The notes: a model not told the origin generated them from the letters alone. 64,000 nt of DNA from Sphyrna mokarran (GCA_024679065.1 JAGIQG010000043.1:558001-622000), one strand, 5' to 3'. Shown: positions 51,333 to 62,229, counted from the first letter of the stretch. Translations and numbers: made by a program.

Positions 51333-54300
51333 TATATAAATATATCCCCAGATGGCTGGGATCTACTGAATTAATCCGATTGTCTCTGAAGTTGAATAGA
51401 ATCCTTCACTGTACAGAGTAACATCTCACCTTTTCTCTCTTCAGTTGCTTTGGGCTTGGACACACTCTTCGTCAAATATTCCCCTGGAGTCCCCAGTTGA
51501 ACTATACAACTACAGACAGCGCTAATTTTCCAAGTTGCCCCCGGCACTGTGACATGATTTCTGATGCTGTAGGTCCCGTCCTCGTCCATTGTCCCGGGAT
51601 CACTCGATCCATCAGTGACCAGACCGGAAATATTCCAGGAAACAGCAATCTGGTTGGAAGAAACTCCACTGACCAAACACACTAAGGGCACGGCATCATT
51701 CACATCCAGCTCAGCCGGCGGGACAAAGATCTGCACGGCCGTCTTGTTGATAGAACTGTCTGGACAGAGATTGACACACAGTTAACAATTAATTTACACC
51801 AAATAAACTGTTGTGCAAAATCTAAATTCATTTCACTTGCTCTCTTACTCCCAACCAGTAGTGTTGGTCCCTTCTGGAGTGGTGCATAGACATGCTCATC
51901 AGCACAGTAGTAGGAACCGGAGTCATTTTCCTGGACGTTGCGAATTTCCAGGACAAATTCACGTCTGCTGTTGCCTTTTTTAGAAATAAACTTACAGCCG
52001 TCCTCCTGACAGGTTGTATCGATTACTTTCGGGACTTCACCGACGCGTTGTTTATACCACAAATAGCTACCCACCAATTCCAAAATGAAAATGTTGTGAC
52101 ACGTTAAATTCACCATCTGGCCGACTTCAGCGACCACTGTGAAGGGCCTTTGAGTTAGCGAGAGCTCGGAATCTGTAACTAGAGAGATTACTGATACGTT
52201 ACCACAATTATTTCGACATTTAAAGCTGCCTTTTGAAAAAAAAAGATGCCTGTAAATTAAGAACAATCTCATTAATGTCTTCAATGATACTTCCTTAGAT
52301 TATTTCCCAATTTGCGTTTTCTTCGCTTGAAAGGAGAAAACAGAAAATCCCTTGTACCGATCAATAAATCGCATTTGCAGTACTGTAGTCTGGCTGCATA
52401 ATGGTTGGCATCATTGCCTCACAGCGCTGGGGACCCGGATTCAATTCTTAACTTGGCTCACTGTCTGTGCACGGTCTCCGCGTGCCTGCATTGGAGTTTC
52501 CTCCCACTCACTGAAAACTGTGCTAGTTAGGTGCCTTGGCCGAGCTAATTTCTGTCTCAGTGTTCCCGCGCTGGAGCATGTGTATGGCGACTCGGGGATT
52601 TTCACAGTAACTTCATTGCAGTGTCGATGTAAAATTGAAGATTATTTATTCGTCACAAGTAAGGCTTACATTAACACTTTAATGAAGTTACTGCGAAATT
52701 CCCCTGAAAACCGACTTGTGCCACTAATGCTTAAAAATTAATTTGTTTTTTTTTAAGAGCAACACAGCACGGGAAACAGGCCCTTCGGCCCAACGAGCCC
52801 GCGCCGCCGTCATAACTATATAGTAGCAAATCCATTATCCTATTTTATTATTCCTATATAATAATATATATATATTATTCCTAATATGGAAAATTCTCAC
52901 CATAGGGACAATTTGTTTTCCAATCAGCCTAAGGGAGAATTTTTGGGTTGTGGGAGGAAACCGGAGTGCCCGGAGAAAACCCATGCAACCACGGGGAGAA
53001 CGCACAAACTCCCACAGACACCGGCCCAATTCCAAGTGTCTGCACAGCCACATCGATAGTCTCTGAGCTGTCATGGTGCCCTTCAGATGGTCCACATAAA
53101 GCACTCATTTACGACATGAGGTACTAGGCAACCCATGAATCAACATCCAAGAGCTGTACCCGCACCACCTGCCGAATGCGTGCTCAAATTATGGACCGAA
53201 TTACCTGTGGAAAAAAGCCGTAGTTAAACAGTCCTAATATATCCCGCTATCTGCATACCGCTCATGTGGCTGTCCAAGAGACCCTTAAACAGCCCCAGCG
53301 TGCCTGCTCCCACCACCTTACTCGGCAGTGCATTCCACACCCCCACTACCCTTTGTGTGAAAAACTGCCCTCTAATATTCGTCCTATCCATAGCCCCCCT
53401 CACCCTATGGCCATGACCTCTCGTCCTATCCATTTCTAAAGGTGGAAAAAGTTTACCTCCATTTACTCTATCTATACCCCTTATAATCTTATACACCTCT
53501 ATGAGATCCCCTCTAAGCCGACGTCTTTCAAGGGAAAACAACCCCAGTCTTCTAATCGTTCCTCATAAGACAGTCCTTCCATACCAGGCAGCATCCTGGT
53601 AAACCTCCTCTGCACTCTCTCCAAGGACTCCACATCCTTCTGATAGTACGGCGACCAGAACTGGGCACAGTATTCCAAGTGAGGCCTAACCAAAGTTCTA
53701 TACAACTGCAACATCAAACTCCTACTCTTGTATTCTATACCCTTTTCTATGAAAGCTAACATACTATACGCCTTCTTTATCACCTTCTCCACCTGTGAGG
53801 ACACCTTCAGAGACTTGTGAACCTTCACCCCCAAGTCTCTCTGCGTCTCTATGCTCCGTATAGTTTTACCTTTTATCCTATAACTCTCTTCTACATTTTT
53901 CCGGCCAAAATGCATCACCTCGCATTTATCCGGATTAAATTCCTTTTGCCATCTATCTGCCCAGTCTACCAACCTGTCTATGTCCTGTTGTATTGCCTGA
54001 CACTGCTCTTCTGTACCCGCCAAGCCAAGCATCTTGGTGTCATCAGCAAATTTGCTGATCTCACCACCTACCCCTACTTCCAAGTCGTTTATGTAGACCA
54101 CAAATAGAAGAGGACCTAGTACTGAGCCTTGTGGCACTCCACTAGTGACAGGCTTCCAGCCGGAAAAAGAGCCTTCCACTACTACCCTCTATCTCCTCCT
54201 CCCAAGCCAGTTCTCGACCCATCTACATACCCGACCCTGTATCCCATGCGCCTTCACCTTCTCTATCAGTCTACCATGAGGAACCTTGTCAAACGCCTTA

Positions 54301-54511
54301 CTGAAATCCATGTAGACGACATCAACAGCCTGTCCTTCATCAACTGTTTTTGTTACTTCTTCAAAAAATTCCACTAGATTTGTAAGACAAGACTTCCCCT
54401 TGACGAAGCCAAAATGGTTGTTGCCATTTTCATTCTCTCATCTGTCAAATACTCACCATGAGCCCACAACACGTGGGAAATGAGTATCAGGGATAGCGAT
54501 TGCTGGGACAT
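31146..54511 (-). CDS. Non-rearranging V(J)-C1-TM-cytoplasmic IgSF receptor, 8 exons, 335 aa; join(54511-54457, 52172-51849, 51759-51430, 33862-33770, 33660-33630, 33394-33348, 31388-31339, 31223-31146)
   Basis: Exon lengths 55+324+330+93+31+47+50+78=1008 nt splice into one open frame. All 7 introns are GT..AG with matching phases (1,1,1,1,2,1,0). Domain order is signal peptide, V-set, C1-set, TM, tail. Additional small exons in the 17.5-kb intron cannot be excluded. Confidence 0.85.
31339..31388 (-). CDS. Exon 7: cytoplasmic exon [17 protein letters not shown]
   Basis: 50 nt, acacag acceptor, consensus CAG|GTGAGT donor, phase 1-0. Confidence 0.78.
32320..32955 (+). mobile_element. Old CR1 3' fragment in intron 6
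   Basis: ORF 32630-32869 contains [13 protein letters not shown]. Confidence 0.8.
33348..33394 (-). CDS. Exon 6: cytoplasmic mini-exon [15 protein letters not shown]
   Basis: 47 nt, ttttag acceptor, G|GTGAGT donor, phase 2-1. Confidence 0.78.
33630..33660 (-). CDS. Exon 5: cytoplasmic mini-exon (E)DRDIGSQND(T)
   Basis: 31 nt, ttttattttag acceptor, GTGAGT donor; supplies the phase 1-to-2 change needed to keep exon 6 open. Confidence 0.8.
33770..33862 (-). CDS. Exon 4: transmembrane exon [31 protein letters not shown]
   Basis: Pyrimidine tract + tag acceptor, 22 apolar residues followed by basic stop-transfer residues, donor G|GTAAGG, phase 1-1. Confidence 0.85.
35367..40172 (-). mobile_element. 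Nested CR1 subfamily A elements: host 35367-36365 + 39342-40172, guest 36366-39341 (APE+RT)
   Basis: ORFs 37001-38557, 38558-38977 and 39482-40222; GTAAC duplicated at both guest ends. Confidence 0.93.
43218..45654 (+). mobile_element. Young 5'-truncated CR1 subfamily A (2.4 kb)
   Basis: ORFs 43283-44053, 44032-44886 and 44799-45560. Confidence 0.97.
45655..46625 (+). mobile_element. Rex1/Babar-like LINE 3' fragment
   Basis: [28 protein letters not shown] resembles the Rex1-type RT C-terminus; AAGAACAGCTTCTTCCC motif. Confidence 0.7.
46266..46493 (+). repeat. Perfect 114-bp tandem duplication
   Basis: 46266-46379 equals 46380-46493. Confidence 0.95.
47481..49893 (+). mobile_element. Young 5'-truncated CR1 subfamily A (2.4 kb)
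   Basis: ORFs 47537-48880, 48870-49169 and 49262-49798. Confidence 0.97.
51256..51330 (+). repeat. (CA)n microsatellite 100 bp into the C1-TM intron
   Basis: About 37 CA units. Confidence 0.97.
51430..51759 (-). CDS. Exon 3: C1-set Ig constant-like domain
   Basis: [36 protein letters not shown] matches the Ig/TCR/MHC C1 pattern. Acceptor gtccag, donor G|GTGAGA. Confidence 0.95.
51849..52172 (-). CDS. Exon 2: V-set Ig domain with J-like G strand in the same exon
   Basis: [47 protein letters not shown] has the canonical V-set C, W and DxxxYxC motifs. Acceptor ttacag, donor A|GTAAGA. Confidence 0.95.
52390..52630 (+). mobile_element. V-SINE-like SINE in intron 1
   Basis: tRNA-like head GCCTCACAGCGC..GGATTCAATTC and core. 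Confidence 0.7.
52757..54410 (-). mobile_element. CR1 subfamily B in intron 1
   Basis: ORFs 53499-54179 and 53224-53541; SINE-core-containing 3' UTR. Confidence 0.95.
54457..54511 (-). CDS. Exon 1: leader peptide [18 protein letters not shown]
   Basis: Context AAAATGT, hydrophobic 18-mer, phase-1 donor G|GTGAGT; joins the V exon as GAT (D). Confidence 0.8.
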
Positions 54512-54740
54512 TTTGCAGAGGTGAGCAATGTTCCCCTGTTTCCACTCACCACAGCTTATTTGACTGGGCGGTCAAGGACTAATCTAGATCTCAGTCCCAG
54601 TAAATTGTTGCACACTAAGATTGGGCGGAAACTGTGACAAGAGAAAATGGAAAATATGACACAGTGATGGTGACGTTGCGTTGCTGAATACCACGTGCAT
54701 TTGACGCACTGCGGATGTACGTGTCACAGTGGTCAAGTGA
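54512..54740 (-). promoter_or_regulatory. Putative proximal promoter/5' UTR of the IgSF gene
   Basis: About 230 bp of unique sequence between the ATG and a CR1 tail. Contains RUNX-type TGTGGT (54548-54553), two GC boxes, CCAAT (54620-54624), CRE half-site TGACGT (54671-54676) and E-box CACGTG (54692-54697). Motif matches only. Confidence 0.45.
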
Positions 54741-55415
54741 TAGAACATACATAGAACATAGAACATAGAACAATACAGCACAGAACAGGCCCTTCGGCCT
54801 TCGATGTTGTGCCGACCAAAATAAAAAGCAATGCCCCTCCTAACTAAACCATTCCCTTCTCATCCATATACTTATCAACTAACCTCTTAACGCCACCAAA
54901 CTTGGCGCATCTACAACAGCTGCAGGCAGGGCATTCCACTCCCTAATCACTCTTTGAGTAAAGAACCTACCTCTGATATCCGTCCTATAACTCATACCCC
55001 TTAATTTAACGTTGTGTCCCCTCGTGCTAGCTTTTTCCATCCTAGGAAAAAGGCTATCACTGTCCACCCTATCCAAACCTCTAATTATCTTATATGTTTC
55101 AATAAGATCCCCCCTTAGCCTCCTCCTTTCTAACGAAAACAACCTCAAATCCTTCAACCTCTCTTCATAGGACCTGCCCTCCATACCAGGCAACATCCTA
55201 GTAAACCTCCTATGTACCCTCTCCAATGCCTCCACATCTTTCTTATAATGTGGCGACCAGAACTGCACACAATACTCCCAGTGCGGCCGCACTAGAGTTT
55301 TGTACAGCTGCAACATGATGCTGCGGCTCCTAAATTCAATCCCCCTACCAATAAAAGCTAAGACTCCATAAGCCTTCTTAACAACTTTATCCACTTGACT
55401 GCCTACTTTCAGGGA
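54740..55415 (-). mobile_element. 5'-truncated CR1 subfamily A abutting the promoter
   Basis: ORF 54879-55394; ATGTTCT tail. Confidence 0.95.
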
Positions 55416-57419
55416 TACATACAGAGCTTGAGTGGCTTGTCATTCCGAGGGGACCACAAGCTAATTATTGTGCGGATATGTGGTGAATATGTAATTTACA
55501 GTTTAATTTATTCTCGATACCGCTGCTAATTGAGAAGGATGTGGGCGGTGATCTCACTGAAACTTATAGAGCACTGAAAAGCCTAGGTAGAGAGGCCATG
55601 GAGAAGATCTTAGAATAGAATAAAATAGAATCAATATAGCGTGAAAGGAGGCCATTTAACCCATCAAGACTGCACTGACAATAACCCCATCCAGGCAATA
55701 TCCCCACAACACCACCTTTCACTCGGAGCCCCCCGACACTTAGGTTCAAATTAGCACGGGCAGTCCAACTAACTCATACATTTGTAGAATGTAGGAGGAA
55801 AACAGGCACCGACAGGAATCGCATGCAGACACGAGGAGAATGTGCAAACTCCACACAGTCATCCAAGGCCGGAATTGAACCCGAGTCGTTGACGCTATGA
55901 GGCAATATTGCTAACCGCTGCGCCACCGTCCATTCGTACGAGGGACAAGATTCCGAGTGCGCACAGGCTCAGAGTAACGGGACAAGAACAAATTCCTTCA
56001 GCCAGGGAGTCGTTAATCTGTGGAATTCATTGCCACAGAATGCCATGGGAGCCAATTCATTGAGTGTATTTAAGACAAAGCTAGACAGATTCTTCATTTG
56101 GAAGCAGTTCAAAGGTTTTGGTGGACAAGGCAGAAGGATGGGATTGAGAAACATATCAGCCATGATAGAATGGCAGTGCAGACTCGATGGACAGAATGAC
56201 ATAATTATGTTCCTTTATCCTGTGGCTTTATGGCTCAGCCAGCATTTATTAACCATCTCTATGAGCTGATTGATTGATGATGTTGAGTTGTTGCCTTAGA
56301 ATATACAGCATACCTCGTAAAATTATACAGCGCTGGAACAGGCTCTTTAATCCTCGATGTTATGTTGAAACATGGCACGAAATTTAACTACCTGCTACTG
56401 CCTGCCCTTGGAACACATTACTCTATTCCTTGCAGATTCACGTCCTTATATAAAAGCCCCTTAAATGCCACTACCTACAGGTTTAAGGTGCAAGTACAGA
56501 GGAGATGTTAGAGGTAAGTTTTTCTCTCAGAGGGTGGTGAGTGAATGGAATCAGCTGCTGTCAGTGGTGGTAGAGGCGAACTCGCTGGGGACTTTTAAGA
56601 GATTTCTGGATGAGTACATGGGATTTAATGGGATTGGGAGTTGCAGATAGTTCTATGGCCTGATAGGTATAGATGCGATTGGCACAACTTGTGGGCCGAA
56701 GGGCCTGTTTGTGCTGTAGTGTTCTATGTTCTATTATGTTCTATGTACCGTGTATGCCTCCAAAAACATGTCAGAGAGCACATTCCAGATACAATTCTCT
56801 GTGTTAAAAAAATGCTCCTCACATTTCCTTTGAACTTACCCCCTCTCACCTTAAGTGCATGGCGATTAGTATTTAATATTTCAAATCTACGGGAAAAAAT
56901 GACTGCTATTGCTTTCTATAATTATGATAATTTTATATACTTCTATCAATTCTCCCCTAAGGGTTCACCGCTCCAGAGCAAACGATTTCTGCACCTTTTC
57001 TGTGGTGGTCCATTTGCTGCATCAACAACACAAAATAAGAAGCGTAGTCCACCATTTTGACCCCGCTTTAGCAAAGGAATGGCGATAAATTTTCAACACA
57101 TTGTCTCTGATTGGGAGTTTGAAACCGATGATTTCCCCATGTTCATGATCTGTCAGTCCTTCTAGACGAATAAGGTGTCTATTTGTAAAGTAAATGACAA
57201 GGATATAGAATGCAATTATACAGTCTATAGCGATTCACTGACAAAAAGTCTTATCCACGTTCCCTCCCGGCCATACGCCTGTTAACCCGTGTGTTTACCA
57301 AGGCAAATCCCTCTAACCTACACATCTTTAAACACATAGGGACAATTTAGCAAGTCTAATTCATGGAACACAGAGATCTTTGGACTCTAAAAGTTAATTT
57401 AATATAGCTAGTCCCCACA

Positions 57420-57808
57420 ATTTCGTTAGAAAGGAGGAGGCTAAGAGGGGACCTGATCGAAACATATAAGATGATTAGAGGTTTAGATAGGGTGGACAGT
57501 GATAGCCTTTTTCCTAGGATGGAAAAAAGCTAGCACGAGGGGACACAGCTTTAAATTAAGGGGTGATAGTTATAGGACGGATATCAGAGGCAGGTTCTTT
57601 ACCCAAGGGGTGGTTCGGGAGTGGAATGCCCTGCCTGCAGCAGTTGTAGATGCGCCAAGTTTGGTGGCGTTTCAGAGGTTAGTTGATAAGTATATGGAAG
57701 AGAAGGGAATGGTTTAGTTTGGAGGGGCATTGCTTTTTATATTGGTCGGCGCAACATCGAAGGCCAAAGGGCCTGTTCTGTGCTGTAATGTTCTATGTTC
57801 TATGTTCT
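57420..57808 (+). mobile_element. CR1 subfamily A 3' fragment
   Basis: ORF 57499-57717 and tail. Confidence 0.93.
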
Positions 57809-58094
57809 AATTGTGAATGTAATCCATTCCAATTTCGTAAACCAGACGTCCATTCACCAACACTATCTAAACTTCCACTGTCTCGGGAAAAGCAACCAGC
57901 CTAATTAAGGACCACATGCACCCCGGATGTTCCCTCTTCCATCTTTTTCCATCAGGGAAAAGATGCAAATGTCTGTTGTCATATACCAACCGATTGAAAA
58001 ACAGCTTGTTCCCTGCTGCCATCAGACATTTGAAGGAAACTACCTCGCATTAATTTGATCTTTTTGTACGCCCTAGATACAACTATAACCTCAT

Positions 58095-58865
58095 AAAGAA
58101 CAAACAACAAAGAACAAAGAGCAACACAGCACGGGAAACAGGCCCTTCGGCCCAACAAGCCCGCGCCACCGTCCTAACGTTTAAAGACATATAGAGACCA
58201 ATATAGGGAAAATTTGTTACCCAATCAGCCTACGAGCACACTTTTGGGATGTGGGATGAATCCGGAGCACCCGGAGAAAACCCACGCAACCACGGGGAGA
58301 ATGTACAAACTCCCTCAGGCATAGGCCCAAATCCATGTGTCTGCACAGCATCAGCGATAGTCTCTGAGCTGTCATGTTGCCCATCAGCTGGTCCAGTTTA
58401 AGCATACACTAACGACATGAAGCACTAGGCCACTCCTGAAGCAACATCCAAGAGTAGCCCTCGCACGACCTGCCAAATGCATGGACCGAATAACCTGTGG
58501 AAACAAATAAGATATTTAGAAAGTCCTGCTATATCCCTCTATCTGCAGACCGCTCATGTGGCTGTCCAAGAGACCCTTAAACAACCCTAGCATGCCTGCT
58601 CCCACCACTTTACTCGGCAGTGCATTTCACACCCCCACTACCCTTTGTGTGAAAAACTGCCCTCTAATATTCGTCTTATACATAGCCCCCCTCACGCTAC
58701 AGCCGTGACCCCTCGTTCTATTCATTTCTAATGGTGGAAAAAGCTTACCACCATTTACTCTATCCACACCCCTCATAATCTTATATACCTCTAATTGATC
58801 CCCTCTCAGCCGACGTCTTTCAAGGGAAAACAACCCCAGTGTGTTAAATCTTTCCTCATAGGACA
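58095..58865 (-). mobile_element. CR1 subfamily B 3' fragment inserted in a Rex1-like tail
   Basis: ORF 58627-58833; UTR like 9120-9570. Confidence 0.9.
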
Positions 58866-59299
58866 GACCTCATACTCTGCACTCTCCCCTTTCCTTGTCC
58901 CCGATATACTCTATGAACAGTGTGCCTTTCTGAGTAGCGCGCAAGAAGCAATATTTTTTCATTGTATCCAATACATATGACAATAATAACTGAAATCAAA
59001 TCAAACGGTACATTTGTACGGAGTATAAACTGGAACACTGTCTGCTTTCTCGATGGTGCTAACCATGCGAAGGTACCAAACTAAGTGAGAATGATCCAAA
59101 CCTTCAAGGAGGTGCCTAGGGCAGAAAACAATGGATAGACTGGAATCTCATTTAGTTTTGTTGTTCTAAACATATCAGTTTTCCTCTTGGGTAAATCGGG
59201 AATGGAAAACATGGTAGAAAAACACGTTTCACAGAGGCTACGTGCAGTGGTTAAGCGTTGGAAAATTGAACGCTGTGTTTATTTTGTCTCAGTTTCCTG

Positions 59300-59463
59300 T
59301 TTACACCAGAGGTTCAATCAGTCTGAAGCACACAGTTAAGTATAAGCTGTGAGGTGTTTCTCTTACTGTGCTGAGATGTACCCACATCACAGCCCGTAAA
59401 GAGAAACACCTCACAGCTTATGCTTAACTGCGTGCTTTAGACTGATTCAAACTGTGGTGGAAA
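59300..59463. repeat. Inverted repeat/hairpin with ~60-bp arms
   Basis: 59305-59363 is the reverse complement of 59400-59458 with 6 mismatches. Confidence 0.92.
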
Positions 59464-60479
59464 GCTAACATTTATTTATTTATGTACTTATTTATTTATA
59501 CATTGGTCACAAGTAGGCTTGCATTCACACTACAATGCCGTTATTATGCAAATCCCCATGTCGACATTGTTCAGGTACACTGAGGGAAAATTTAGCACGG
59601 CCAATACTTCAAAAAAAAAACATCTTTTGGAATGTGGGGGTAACCCGAAAACACGAGGGAACTCATGCAAACATGGGAGAATGTGCAGACTCCACACAGA
59701 TAATGATCCAAGCCGGGAATTGAAACTGGGTCCCTGGCGCTGAGTCAACTGTGCTAACCACTGTGCTTCACCACCCCCACCGCCCCCCACCGTCTTTTGT
59801 TGGTCAGCTTGGATATGTTGCTGAAATCAACAGAAATCCTGGTTATGTCCTTCACCTGAACGCAAGGGAGAGCACGCTTACACCGAGTGTTGCATTGAAT
59901 GCATTCCGAACATCTTCATTAATACTCTTTCCAACCACAAGGTGTGAAATTGAAGATAGTTCGAAAGCGGATTGAACGTTTTGGTTATTGCTTATTGAGT
60001 AGCTATTTCCTGTCTATGTTTCTGTGTATAATTATTCTCTTAATCATTGGAGCAACGGATAATCACTTCTACCCTGATATGTAACTTGCACATTAAAATC
60101 CACATAGCGGGTAGGGGTGGATGGGGGTCTGATGGCTGAGTGGTGTTTTCGCTTGGCTACTAATCCAGGAATTCAGCCAATGTTCTGGATACCCAAGTTC
60201 AAATCCCATCGCGGCAGATGGTGGGATAAAAAAAAACTGAAATGAAGAATCTACTGATTACCGTAGCAGTAACGTATTCCAAGGCAAATTTAGTACTGAT
60301 TCCAGGAATATATCAGACAAAAAGGGACAGGCATTGAGAATGGATCGCTGGGTGTGGTGAATTGGGGAATGGTTGAACAAAATCTCTGAATTCATCAAGA
60401 AACAATTTTCCTATTGGATGAGAAGTTGAAATCCTAATGGGATGGGGTTTTTTCCATCTCTTCGCTTCCATTCAAAAGC

Positions 60480-61050
60480 AGAGAAGTCATGTTTCTGTCA
60501 TATAGAACTTTAGTGAGGCCACAGCTGGAGTGCCGTGTGCCGTTCTGGTCGCCACATTATAGGAAGGACGAGATTGCACTGGAGTGTGTGCAGACAAGAT
60601 TCACTGGTATGCTGCCTGGGATGGAACATTTAAGTTTTGGAGATAAGTTGAAAGGTTTAGTTCATTTTCGCTGGAGCAGGGAAGACTGAGAGGTCAACTG
60701 ATTGAGATGCACAATATTATGTGGGACAGGGACAGCGAAACACCTTCAAATAAGTCATTCCCCTTATTTGAAGATGTGCCACGAGGAGATGTAAGTTCAA
60801 GGGGAGGGGCAGAAGGTTTGGGGGTACGTGAGGAAAGGTATTTTATCCAGTGGGTGGAATGCACTAGCTGAGATGATGGTAGATGTGTCTTGCCTCAAAT
60901 CCTTCAAGAAGTATCTGCATAAACAATTGGCACGTCGTAACATCAAGGCTATGGGCCACATGCTGGTAGATGTGATTATTGGGAGTTCAGGTCACGGTGC
61001 AGACTCTATGGGCCGAAGAGTCTTTTCTGTACTCCATGATTCTATAATTC
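60480..61050 (+). mobile_element. Old CR1 3' fragment
   Basis: ORF 60489-60689 contains [19 protein letters not shown]. Confidence 0.8.
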
Positions 61051-62229
61051 TCTGTAATGTAGCAAATGGCTCCACAAACAATTTACAACTTCTGTGCAGA
61101 ATGATTTATTGGACCAGTGTAATGCAGTGTTAATTCGAACATACTTTGACACATTTGTATCAGAAGTTGTCCAAGGTTCTATATTACTTCAGAAATTAGC
61201 AATTCCTATGCATCCAAAAATCACCACTCAACATTCTTAATTGTTATGATACTAAAATAAATCATGGAAATAAGTCGCACCATCTCAATGAAAAATCACC
61301 TGAAATTTACTCGCTCATTTGCATCGTTTTCTAATGTTACTGAAGATTTGACATTTCCAAAGTTCTCCAGCAAACCTTTTGCAGCTGAAGCCAATGGGTT
61401 ATGCTTCAAGCTGTATGCAGATTATTTATTCATTCTGGGACATGGGCATCTTTGTCTGGCCAGCATTTATTGTTCATCCCTATTAAAATTGGAGGGGCAA
61501 TTGATAATCAACTGCATTGTTGTCGTTCTGAAGTCACATGTCGGTCAGACCGGGTAAGGATACAGATTTCCTTCCCAAATGGATATTAGTGAACCAGGTA
61601 TTATTTTTCGACAATCTCCAACATACGCTGAATTACCCTAAACACTTCTCTGTAAATTAGCTGAAAAGCCGCCGGAAACATATTTGTTCTAAACCCTTAT
61701 AGAAGCCGTTATCACACAGCTTACATTTGTTATTCAAAACTTGTTTACACTATTTAGGTAACTCGGGCAAAGATACATTTTGAATTAGTTTTTGCACATT
61801 TTACGGTAGAAAATCCAGAATAGAATTCTAATGACCGATATGAAAATTTGGAACCATGGCGAGGTGAAATTGCACTGCAGGCGATAATCCGTCACAGAAT
61901 GGGGGACATAAATAAAACGTTCATTTTCTACTTTGGGCGCCATCGTAATATCGAGCCGCCCGATTTTGCATTGGCTGCGCTTTCGAAATTTATCCTGCAC
62001 GAAGAAGAATGTTTCTACCACACTAGACATCCAAGAAGCACACGGCGAGTTTTCTTGCTCTCTCTCTCTCTTTTCTCTCGAGTTAGAGTTCTGGGTCCTC
62101 GTTAACGGCCAGGCCTGTCTCAAAACGTCTGTGGATGAAAAGGGATCTGTTCGTGTAATCCACACCATTACTATAACGATAGATGAGGCTATTAAACCCT
62201 TCTACTCTATTTAATCGGTTCATGGCTGT

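Noticed and set aside
51903-51909. Cryptic heptamer TACTGTG at the V 3' end
   Set aside because: Explained by the Tyr-Cys-Ala codons; no nonamer evident.
51371-52284. Calling the gene an Ig light chain or TCR chain
   Set aside because: No RSS, no FGxG, an 89-bp V-C intron, no basic residues in the TM core and a long tyrosine-bearing tail.
54660-54731. Two CACAGTG heptamers (54660, 54725) upstream of exon 1 as RSS
   Set aside because: No ACAAAAACC-like nonamer at 12 or 23 bp, and they do not abut a coding segment.
61785-62214. Several overlapping ORFs in unique, CpG-containing sequence before the gap
   Set aside because: No recognisable domain or consistent exon boundaries; cannot be supported without a search.
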